A DNA stretch of 64,000 bases from Octopus sinensis (lineage: Eukaryota): positions 17,422,001 to 17,486,000 of the forward strand of contig NC_043009.1 of assembly GCF_006345805.1 (NCBI RefSeq), given 5' to 3'. A program made the translations under genes and the position numbers. Positions 53,500 to 64,000 of the stretch are shown piece by piece; positions within the stretch are counted from its first letter, which is position 1, and each line of letters begins with the position of its first letter. The notes below the pieces were generated by a model. The model had not been told where the DNA came from. It ran no database searches and saw nothing but the letters and a program-made list of their open reading frames with translations.

Positions 53500-53810
53500 T
53501 GCCAGTCATCCCAGTCCTTTGTCATCTCCTCCATGAGGTTTGAGGTCTGGAGGTCAGCTTTCATTATGTCATCCCATTTCTTCCTGGGCTACCCTATTTC
53601 ATAAACTCCATTCACTTTAAGTAATTAGTACTTTATTATACAGCTGAGCCCATCCATATGCATCACATGCATATAACAGTACTTTTTTTTCTGGCCCACT
53701 AATCTAGCTTCTTTTATGTCCAGTTTTCTCTCAACACATTTGTTCTCTGTCATTTATACACATTTACATTGCACATACAGGTGAGCCTACTAGCTTCATA
53801 TCTTTCCTTT
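53500..53810 (-). mobile_element. Degenerate RTE LINE 3' end
   Basis: The minus strand retains GSPGRNGMT/RPRK-like and ERYEASRLTCMCNV-like RTE C-terminal remnants. Confidence 0.5.
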
Positions 53811-54057
53811 CTTCTCAAGTTATCTGTATTGAAGAGCCAGAGTTCTCTCCCTAAAACTCTAATGCTGCAGCATTAAGACAAGTTGATTTTGACATAGGCT
53901 GCCATGTAAAGGTTGTACAGTGCACAGAAATAAACCAGCAGTTGCTGACATGGTAATGATGCAAGATTGGTTTAATTGAAATGAATGAAACAATTGTAAA
54001 CTAAGCAATAAACACAATTTTCTAACTCCATTCTTCAATACTTTCTTGTGTGTGTGT

Positions 54058-54102
<45 letters not shown>

Positions 54103-54108
<6 letters not shown>

Positions 54109-54614
54109 ATGTCATATATAAACAAACATAAGTTTGTTTTGAAGTGTTGAAATGCATTGTAGAACAAGTAGAAGGATACATTTTTCAACGCATGAATACT
54201 GATAGAACAGCATATATAGAGTAAAATCCCTTTTTTAGAGCAGAATAATTTTTCAGTAACCGGCCACGAAGAACGAATTCACACCCCTCTGATATCCAGC
54301 CAGAGTGCTCTACCTTTAAGCTAAACTGCTGACCAACAAATTCTTCAACAATTTTAGAAGTTATAAAGTCACCAAAGAAATGGTGGATGTCATATAAATT
54401 ACGTCATATGTAAACAAACATAAGTTTGTTTTTGAAGCTTTGAAACGCATTGAAGAACAAATAGAAATACATGTTTTTCAACCCATAAATACTGATAGAA
54501 CAGAATATAGGGAGTAAAATCCTTTTTCTGCGCTAATAAAAGATTTTATCCTAGATATGCTGTTCTATCAGTATTTACATGTTGAAAAACATATCTTTCT
54601 ACTTGCTCTATAAT
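54103..54614 (-). mobile_element. ORF-less element: ~140-bp direct repeats (period 292) around a tRNA-like sequence, plus an inverted terminal copy
   Basis: 54103-54245 resembles 54395-54538, and 54538-54614 is an inverted partial copy. A tRNA-like sequence lies at 54258-54330(-). Confidence 0.75.
54258..54330 (-). pseudogene. tRNA-like sequence (73 nt, GGA anticodon loop, degenerate acceptor and T arms)
   Basis: agcagtt-tagcttaaaggtagagc-ac-tctgg-ctGGAta-tcaga-ggggtgtgaattcgttc...ggccggt. Confidence 0.6.
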
Positions 54615-54798
54615 ATATGTTAGTATATGTATGTGTGTGAGTGTGTATATATATAAACACACATGTACATATATTTATGCGTATATACTTTTATATATTT
54701 TTATATATAAATACATACATATATAAGATGTATAATTCGTAAATACATACACCCCCACGCACATGCACACACGCACCCCCCCCACACACACATACATA

Positions 54799-55105
54799 CA
54801 GGGTGTCCAGGACAAATTTAGCAGTTTGTGTAAAAGGAAAAATAAACAATAAGCCATCCTCCAAAGAAAGTATTTTAAGAAATCAAAAAATATCTACTAG
54901 ATTATGGCTGGGAGATAACAGTTTACTTAAAGTAGTTGCCCTCAACTTCGACCATGGCCTCAAGGTGGCTCCAGAACCTGGTGTGTATGTTTCTCACTGT
55001 GTCCTTAAAAAGATCTTTGAATATCTCCTTGACCTTGGTCACCAACTTGGCCATGGCATTGTATGCAGAGCGGTTGGTATCTTTCTCAACTGTGCCCCCC
55101 ACATG
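54799..55105 (-). mobile_element. maT-like transposon 3' end
   Basis: TA-cagggtgtcc TIR; the minus strand reads FWSHLEAMVEVEG, matching the C-terminus encoded at ~52900. Confidence 0.7.
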
Positions 55106-56250
55106 AATCCTGCAAAAGCTATTGCTATTTAATACCTTGCCAAAATATCTGAAAGATCAATATGGAGTAGGTTTAGATGTGTCCAAGAAACAACTTGACC
55201 TGTTGTCCAAGGTCCCAGTTGAACCTACATCACAGTAAGAAACTCAAAAGAGGGTAGCAATACCGAACCCTTTCCTTCACCAAAAGCTAATCATAAAAGA
55301 ATGGTTACTGAAAAGGTGCTAAAACTGGCAATGCTTCAGCATGGCCACAGTCCTTGAGCTCAAATGCATAAAAAATATACGCATGTATGTGTGTGTACAT
55401 GTATACTTATATGTGTATGTGTATACATGTATGCATACATACATATAGATGTGTGTGTGTGTGTGCATGCACGTGTGCAAGAGTGACTGTGTGGTAAGAA
55501 ACCTGCTTTCCAACTATATGGTTCCAGGTTCAATCCCACTGCATGGCACTTTGAGCAAGAGTTTTCTACTATAGCTTCAGGATAGCCAAAGCCTTGTAAG
55601 TAGATTTGATGGACAGAAACTGAAAGAAGCCCATCACACACACACACACACTCTCTCTCTCTCTCTCTCTCACACACACATCAATGCTTGTCATTGTGTC
55701 TGTATTTGCCTCGCCACCACTGCTTGACAATGGGTGTCGGTGTGTTTATGTCCCCATGACTTAGCAATTCAATGAAAGATACTAACAGAATAAGTGCTAG
55801 GCTTTAAAAAAATAAGTACAGGATTCAGTTCATTGTTGAAGGCAGTGCCCCAGCATGGCCACTGTCAACTGACTCAAACAAGTAAAAGATAGAAAATAAA
55901 AGACATGCATTAACTGTGGAAGGTTTATGTAATGGATGAGTCTCTTATTAAATACAAACCTGAATCAGGTGTCAAATGATTTCAAAATATCACTTTTTGG
56001 TTTGACGTTATAATTACAACTGATGTATGTTTGTGTGCATGTGCGTGTGTATGCATTAACTAAGAGCATGTGTTTGAAAAGGATTAATCGAAAGCACTCA
56101 CACACTAGGAGAATTAATTTTCCAATAAAGGTTAGAAACATCCTGATAAAAGATTTTATAACTTTTTTTAAAAACAATTTTAAAAAAAAGTCCCCTTTAT
56201 ACTTAAAAACTGTATTAAGTAGATTTTCCCAAAGACTTTCAAAGATATAT

Positions 56251-56302
<52 letters not shown>

Positions 56303-56306
<4 letters not shown>

Positions 56307-56460
56307 ACTGATGAGGATCAGGGTTTAAATACCCAAAAGCCGAAACCTGATTTGTGGATATCCCTAATTGCATAATTTTTTTTATTTTGTGCAGTTAAAT
56401 GTTTTAATCCATTCTGTTTTCCTCGAATACTGTTTTTCTCTGTAATCTTGGTGTGGTACA
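56303..56460 (+). mobile_element. PLE terminal-repeat fragment after (TA)n with hammerhead-like core
   Basis: cca-CTGATGA-gg...gggtttaaataccc...cc-GAAAC-ctgatt-tgtgg. Confidence 0.5.
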
Positions 56461-56786
56461 GTGGATTAATTTAAGACTTTAGCTCTTATTTCTAGCAGGT
56501 AGATGCTTGTTAAGCATCATTACGCTTTGTGCAAATTTATAATTCATAGCTATATAATGCTATTGCGCCTGCGATCCACCCATGTCACTGCTGGTGATAT
56601 CATCAATTTTAAAATTTATCCACATGATATCAACAGTAGTGACATCTGATTTCAAATCTCAGTGTTTGAATGTTTTGCTTATATATTTATATATACTTAA
56701 GTACACACACAATTAGAAAAAGACTTTTTAAAGAGTTTTGTTGGGCTGAGTCAACAGTACGGACTGAGTTGATAGTCATTGAGAAT

Positions 56787-56957
56787 ACAGTTCCATATTT
56801 GAGAGATGAGGAATTACGTACATTATTTACATTTGATGGATATTTGTCCTCATCTTGCTTGTTGTTAACACGTTTCAGCTGATGTACTCTCCAGCCTTCA
56901 TCAGGTGTCCTGGGGGAATTTTGAACTTGGATTCTCATTCCTAAGGTATTTTTCTGA

Positions 56958-56990
<33 letters not shown>

Positions 56991-57845
56991 CATTATTCAG
57001 GTCACTGCCTGGAATCAAATTCGAAATCTTGGAGTTAGTAGCCTGCACTCTTAACCACTATGCCAATTATGAAGAAAAGAGATGATAAAACCAATAAACT
57101 GTCCACAGTCTGTCTACACTATGTGAAAGGCCTCTCCAAAAAGATACAAAAGATAAGCGGCCCATGTGACATCAGGACAGTATACAAGAGTAATACAACT
57201 CTTCGCAAATATCTCCTTCGAGTAAATCACCAATAGAAGAGTATATGACCAAAGACTGCGTATACTTCATCCGATGCAGTTGTGGTAGGTTATACAAAGG
57301 CGAAACATACCACCCCCTCAAAATAAGGGTAGAGGAACATTGCAAATCTGTGACACAAGGAGATATTGAAAAATCAGGTACATCTGATCATGTATGGCAA
57401 AACGGAGACCACCTTCCCCTGTGGGATGAAGTTAAAATAATAGACAGAGAACACCACAGAAAAATATGAAAACTAAAAGAGGCAGCACATATGCTAGGAC
57501 ACAACAACCTCCTAAGCAGACTGAGTGCAGATATGAGTAGCATATGGGGACCAGTATTAAAGAAGGATAGGAAAATATTAGATTTATAAGCCCTAAAATT
57601 CACTCCATAATTGCCCACGGGCATATGGCGTAGTGGTTAAGAGCACGGGCTACTAACCCCAAGATTCCAATTTCAATTTCTGGCAGTCACCTGAATAATA
57701 ATAATAATAAACATTGGAAAAATACCTGAGGAATGAGAACGCAGGTTCAAAATTCCCCCAGGACACCTGATGAAGGCTGGAGAGTACATCAGCTGAAACG
57801 TGTTAACAAACAAGATGAGGACAAATATCCATCAAATAATGTAAA
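56787..57845 (+). mobile_element. Penelope-like element 3' fragment with inverted terminal repeats (tRNA-like head + (AAT)n + hammerhead core)
   Basis: GIY-YIG remnant at 57070-57590 (CVYFIRCSCGRLYKGET...RVEEH...KLKEA). The repeat at 57626-57845 is mirrored at 56787-57065. Confidence 0.9.
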
Positions 57846-58129
57846 ACAATAACTGAGAAGGTTGCAAAAAGCAATGAAAGAGCTTTGACAAACAAAAACG
57901 AAACAATTGGATATTTAGTAAATGAGTGGAATAGAACCAGTGTGTGTGTTAATTATATTGGCATAATGACTCTCCCTAGGCACAACAAATTAACTTTTTA
58001 AAAAATTTTCTTTTACATTACAGAATGTCACTAATCATTGTGGATCTTTTATTGTGTGAATTTTGTGTCAAGTGAGCATTATGTGTACAAAAGCTTCCCA
58101 TTTTCTTGGCCTGCTTCATAAAGAGGAAG

Positions 58130-59400
58130 TTGATTTTGGTAACAGTGTAAACTATTTCCAGTTTAGTTTTGGTTATAGAATTTTCATGGAGTATTCTTTT
58201 GTCTATCATAGTTGATCCTTTTCTTCTTATAATTTGTAAAAGGGGGATGTTTTTAATTTTCTATTTATTCAAATGTCGAGATGTTTACTATATGGAACAT
58301 GTCTAAGAAATGAATCTTTTTTAATTTGCTGCTTACGTCCATTTACACAACTGATTGGTTTTGTTTCTGTGTCTTCAATGTGTGGGCATCTGATGCAGCA
58401 GATGAGATATTTCATTTTGTATCAATCTTTGCATTCACTTTCAATTCTTTGCCATTCTTTTGCTTGCTCCTTACTCAATAATTTCCCACAAAGTCCCACA
58501 AAAAGAGTCTTCACAGTCTGTTACTCATATTATTTTTTCCTTTGGCCTGAATATTGCCTTTGTTAGAAGTTCATTGAGGTTTGGTAGTTGTCTTTAGCTG
58601 TTGATGATTTGTGATTTTTTAATTATTTGTAGCAGATTTGATGATTGGTATGGAAATGGGAGGCACTGTGGTTCCTAGGATTATGAGTGACTACAAATGG
58701 AATATTTATATCTGTATTTTCGTTTTCACCCTTAAGCATAAGTGTTTCTCCCTTAAGGTAGAGATCAGGATTTCTTTTGCTTTGATTATAGCATGATTTA
58801 TTAACTTTTTTGGGTTTTCTTTCTGATTTTTTTTTTGAAGACATCTAGTTCTTTCAGTTATTTCTCTCACCTATGGTACCTGTAACTATTGAGCATATAC
58901 GGCTTGCTGTATTGAATAGTACGTTCCTTTTTGTATGGGAAGGGTGGCAAGATCTAAAATTTAAATACTGGTGTGAGTCTTTGTCGTAGCAGTAGAGATC
59001 AGTTGTAATTGTCTCATTTTCCTTAATTAATAGAATGTTCAGAAAAAAGAGTTCCTTTTCATTCATTTCCATAGTGAATTGGATCAATTCATGAATGCTG
59101 CTTATTAATTTAAGGAATCTTGTATGGCCCTCTTTACTTTTATTCCAAAATATGAAGCAGTCATCCAAAATTCTTAGGTTTGGAACTGATGATCAACAGT
59201 AGTTCTAGACAGAGCATATCCTTTTTCTTCCAAGTACTCCATTACTAGAGTCCCAAACGTTAGTGGGATTTTCATACTCATGGCTGTCTCAGTTGTCAAA
59301 GAAGTAGTTGTTTTCCAGGACTAACTGTAATCCTTCATGTTTAAATTCTTTTGGGAATCTCTTCTTATTCTTTGTGGATATTGGTTTATCCAGAACTCTA
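58130..59400 (-). mobile_element. Decayed Penelope-like element (RT, thumb and Cys-rich linker/EN remnants)
   Basis: DDCFIFW...IQFTME...FLNILLIK...DSHQYLNFRSCHPSHTKRNV; IPFVVTHNPRN; CEDSFCGTCG. Confidence 0.85.
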
Positions 59401-59459
59401 TCTATCAACACATATACGTGTGTGTGTGTGTGTATATATACATATATATATATATACAC

Positions 59460-60102
59460 ACTCTAGCAGAAGAAGTCAAAATGAACAAAACCACATTTAA
59501 GAGCAATTTCGAAGGGAATGAAAACTAAAAACTTTTACCTTGTTTTTTTTTACGAACATACCTATGTTTTGAATTTTATTTAGCAAATGAAATAATTTGC
59601 TAGGCGAAATTCTCATCAGTTACCATGCTATAACATTAACCTATAATTTAGAGACAACACATGTCTCTTCATTATATGTTATAACTTATCAAATTCACCA
59701 CACAAGCGCAGTTTCATTTGGTAGCAAATGAAAAAAATGCGAAACTAATCTTCTGAAAATGCTAAAACATATCCATAAAATATATAGGGTAGCGAGTTCT
59801 TTAGCAACTTCACTACCAGTGGCCTAGCATGTATAATAAAAGTAAATAGACAACATATTCTCAATATAAAATAGTGTGCATTTAAACACAAAAGAAGCTG
59901 CCTTTAACGAGCAGCTTTATACTCTAGAAGAAGCAGTCAAAATTTCCCTTCGAAATTGCTCTTAAATGGGGTTTTGGTCATTTTGACTGCTTCTTCTAGT
60001 ATGTAAAGCTGCTTGTTAAAGGCTGCTTCCCTTGTGTTTAAATGTACATTATTTTATATTGAGAATATGTCGTCTATTGACTTTTTAATACATGCTAGGC
60101 CA
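59460..60102. repeat. Nested inverted-repeat (foldback/MITE-like) structure
   Basis: 59820-59943 is the reverse complement of 59980-60102, and 59460-59518 is the reverse complement of 59945-60000. Confidence 0.85.
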
Positions 60103-61084
60103 TGTAGACATGCAATGCGAAGCGCATTGTGACCAGCGATGTGTAACGACATCTGATAACCTGGTTGGTCACGTGATCACGTAATATATGTATACACATA
60201 TATATACATATATATAACATATATATACATATATACACACACATATATAAACACACACATATATAAATGCATATATATATACATGTATATATACGCACAT
60301 ACACACACACACACACACACACATTGGTGGGAAGATGACTAAGAACAATACTTGGAACAATGTAGAGGAGAATGGTGAGAGCACGAGGGGAATGGAGCAA
60401 ATACTGTGGCCAGTGGAGCCAACTTGGCACCAGACAACCTGGCCAATCTAGGTGATGTATACACACACACATATATACTAGCTGAATAGCCTGTTGTTGT
60501 CAGGCAATTCTTACAATAGAATGTCTTATATAAATCTTCATTTATTCCATGTGAGAGCATGTCTTCCACAGCAGATAAGCTTCTTAATCAGGACAGATTT
60601 GTGCAAATTTTCACCAAAAAATTTTGTTGAGGATTTTTTCCCTTCTTAAATTATTTACATGTCTGTTTGACTGTTTCACATGACTTCATTCATTAAAACT
60701 TCAGAACTTTGGTCATTGTGATGCTTTGCTTTCATTTGTTTAATAAAAATTCCTCCTCCTAGTGATTTTGCTTTCATTTCGTGATAGCCAGCAGAAAATG
60801 CCAGCTTCCAAATCTTGTTTTCTGATTAGGTAAAATTGATTAACCTTTAAACCTCAGTAAAATTTTTCTGCAACTTTTCTGGAACAAATAAATAACAAAA
60901 TCGGATTTAACATGGAAAATCATTGCAATATACCAAATCTGGAACTTTTGACATAATTTTAAAATCTCACAATATGGGACAGCAACAGGGAAGACCCTAC
61001 AAAAGTAGAAAGACAGACAGTTATAGGATGTGACACACACACACACATTTACAAATGCACACACAGGTAGTCACGAGAGAGGCT

Positions 61085-62410
61085 AACGTACATCAACACA
61101 GCCTCCTGTCATCCAGCCATCATGTTCAAGAACCTGGTAAAGGGTGTTAGTAAGAGGATCATGAGCCTTTCCTCCAACGAAGAGGCTTTTGATGCAGCGG
61201 CCCCATACTATAACAAGTCCCTGGCTGCCAGCAGATTTAGGGACCACATCTGTATGCTGGAACCCAACAGCCACAGAAATACAATTTGGTTTGCTTTCCA
61301 ACCTCTCCCTTAACACAATAACACCCATAGGTAGACTATTCCTTAAATTAATAGACAAGCATTTCACTAGTTCTCATAGGTACAGGCCCATTTTCAACAA
61401 GCACAACATTAGAGTCTCATCTAGCTGTGCCCCCAATATTAAGAGCATTCTAGTTAGCGCCCCTAAGCTACAGAATGAAGCAGGTTGTTCATGCAGAGAC
61501 CACAACAGTTGTTCAGTAGGAGGCCAATGTGAAACTAAAGGGGTCATCTGTCAAGCTGAAGTACTAGCAAACCCTGGCAATGCCACCCGCAGAAGCAATA
61601 GCGGCCGAAAACATGAGAACAGAGCCAACACCACCATCAGCACCAACGACAGTTGACAGCATTAGTAACGTTAGCAATGACAGCCCCAACGACAGCATTG
61701 GCAGTCACCCCAATAGCTTCCCTAATGTCCACAGTAGCAGACCTGGCAACCCCGATAGCAGCAAAAGGTCCAGTGCCAACAGCAGCTATAATGGCAGTAA
61801 CAGCAGCGACAGTGGCCCTAGCAGAAACACTGGTGGAACCACAGCTAAGGACACCTCTAGCAGCAGCGGCAACTTCCCCACCATTGGCGGAGACTGCAAA
61901 AACAACAACAATATTAACAACAGCACCTTCACCATAACTGGCGATAACATTACTGACGCCACCACCACCACCTCCAGCAATGCCAACACCAGCAGCCTCA
62001 GCTCCAACTGCGACAATATCGGTGACAGCAGCAGCAGCAGCAACAGCAATAACAGCAATAGATGCAGCACTGGCAACACATACCAGTGAAGATACATTAG
62101 ATGGGCTGAGAATTCTCTTGACCAATGAGTTTCCAACCATAGACCCTCCTTCAGAGTCCCAGAAAGGAGATCCATAACATCCCTGGCCAGCCACGTCTGG
62201 CAACTAGGAGAAATGGCATCCCATACTCGATCTCATGGAAAATCTTTGAGATCCCAAGCCCCTACATCAACGGGATAGAGCATTGCAAGTTATGCACAGC
62301 AGAACACACGAGAATCCTAAAAGACTTGCTCGAACCAAGGAGCATCCTTAACTACAGAATGGAGATTTTCAGGCCATGTTAGCAGGAATTTTAGGAAATT
62401 GCTGCTAACC
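61085..62410 (+). mobile_element. Penelope-like element fragment (same clade as 27178-30427) with a long low-complexity insert in GIY-YIG
   Basis: YINTASCHPAIMFKNLVKGVSKRIMSLSSNEEAFDAAAPYYN...CSCRDHNSC...GVICQAEV [insert] RYIRWAENS...NHRPSFR...TSLASHVW...CKLCTAE. Confidence 0.88.
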
Positions 62411-62715
62411 TTTTGGAGCCCACAAAATGGCAGCACAGCTGGAAGTTGATAGCCAATGGAAAAGGTATATAATCTGTTATTGTTTACCTTGGTAGTGAGG
62501 CTTTGCCCGTTGCATATTTTGAAGAGGTCTTAGGCCAGCAGGTTTTGGGGTCTGATGATACACCATAAAGCTAATCCCTTTATGGACAGGAAACCCAAGG
62601 TAATCCCATTAATTGGTTTTCCACACTTTTGATATATTCTGCTCTACATCTTAGTGGGATTCTTCTCTGGATTTATGTTTTCTACAAATTACACACACAC
62701 ACACATGCGCACATA

Positions 62716-63290
62716 TATTTGGTTGAATCATAAATAACTTCCAATTTTGTTAAACACCTTTACCCATGAAAAAATTTTACAAAGAATTATTTTCAATTAT
62801 CAGTACAGTTGCCATTATTTCGAGTGACCTTTTGCCATTTATCAGGTAACTTTTTAATTCCTCTTTAGTAAAATGCAGCTGGCATCAACAGGAAGAAGCT
62901 TTCCACCTGATCTTCTTGAGAAAATTTTTTCACCATCAGAACATTGTGTAGAGAGTGCAAAAGATGGAAACCAGTCGGTACAAGGTCTGATGAATATGGT
63001 GGATGGGGCAGAACAGCCCAAATCCGATATTTTATCCTGTGTGGTTCTTGTTGAATGTGGTCTTGTGTTATCATGGAGAAGCACAATGTTTCTCCTGTTG
63101 ATGAGTGCAGGATTTTTTCTCAAAAGATTTTCATGCATGTGCTGAGGGTATAAGTTGGCATTTAGTGTTTGACCATGGTCTAAAAACTCAAAATGCATAA
63201 TACTGCAGTGATCCCACCGTACACACAACATAACCTTCCTTCCATGAAGCTCAGCCTATAAGGTAGGTTGTGGTTGATGAGGATCCAGCA
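62716..63290 (-). mobile_element. mariner (DD34D-type) transposase remnant
   Basis: MLCVRWDHCSIMHFEFL...IVLLHDNTRPH...LPHPPYSSDLVPTGFHLL. Confidence 0.9.
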
Positions 63291-63339
63291 TCAGCAGCTA
63301 AATGCAAAAAGCATGCACAGACTCCTAATATCATAACAC

Positions 63340-63930
63340 ATAACTGGACAAAAAGTCTAAGAAATTTATCAGTAAAAACCCTGGAAAGTCAGTCAGGCAA
63401 AGGACCTCAAGGCTTCAGAATGTGCCATCAGAAGAGTTGCGCATGAGGACAACCAGTGCAGGTCATATGTGATGAAGAGGGGTCAGTTTATGTTGGATGT
63501 GGCAAGAGAGAATCATGCAATGCACTTGTAAACAAGTGAAAACTCTAAAAGGCTGAAATGCTTTGGTCTTTCTCTGATGAGAAAAATCTTGGTCAGGACC
63601 AAAAGGTAAACTGAAGGAACAACAGATAGTTATGGAGAGACCCAAATGAGGTTCCATCAGTCATATATGCTAAGCTGCCAGCAACTGTGATGGTTCTTCC
63701 TTCTCACTTTTTTACGCAGAGCTTAATATTCAATGCCACCGTCTACACAGTTGGAGAACGTCATGAGACCCTTGATAGACAGATATGCAATGGAAGACTG
63801 TATGTCATCTAATGAGACTCTGCACTATCACATATGGCTAGGACAACCCGAGTGTGGATGTGTGTCAATCTCCATGATCATGTTCTCCCTGACACATGGC
63901 CTCCTAGCTCACCTGACATTAAATCAAGGT
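63340..63930 (+). mobile_element. Decayed maT (DD37D-like) transposase remnant
   Basis: FSDEKNLGQDQKVN...DSALSH...WPPSSPDI, with many stops. Confidence 0.75.
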
Positions 63931-64000
63931 GACGTAAATACAAACACACACACATACATATATATGCATGGATATAAAGATATATATATATATATGCACT

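Noticed and set aside
57619-57693. Functional tRNA gene
   Set aside because: The acceptor and T stems do not pair and the B box is decayed. It is part of a repeat.
62087-62128. In-frame TGA codons as selenocysteine in the PLE
   Set aside because: They fall at positions where Arg is expected and fit CGA>TGA decay. No SECIS is recognised and the copy also has frameshifts.
61637-62203. 188-aa Ala/Val/Gly-rich minus-strand ORF
   Set aside because: It is the antisense shadow of the trinucleotide-rich insert. The plus strand carries the PLE homology.

Overview
This is AT-rich, repeat-saturated animal genomic DNA. The tRNA-derived SINE families, the RTE/Dong/Tx1 LINE remnants and the microsatellite load point to a coleoid cephalopod, most likely Octopus (inference from recalled repeat families, not from a search). 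The only confident host coding sequence is one 129-bp phase 1-1 calcium-binding EGF exon on the minus strand (957-1085). The remaining ~63 kb looks like intron or upstream DNA. It holds about 40 SINE copies, LINE fragments, Tc1/mariner (DD37D maT and mariner), Tigger and hAT elements, MITEs, a 5S rRNA pseudogene and many inverted repeats. Nearly all ORFs in the supplied track are microsatellite or SINE artefacts. The most interesting material is a set of Penelope-like retroelements (PLEs) carrying hammerhead-ribozyme motifs. One PLE has a terminal repeat made of a tRNA-like Pol III head, (AAT)n and a hammerhead core. A separate ORF-less tRNA-like unit has the same direct-plus-inverted terminal architecture. 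Another PLE has a GIY-YIG nuclease split by a ~175-aa Ser/Asn/Thr-rich insert between the GIY and YIG motifs. All coordinates were read by eye, and repeat boundaries are approximate.
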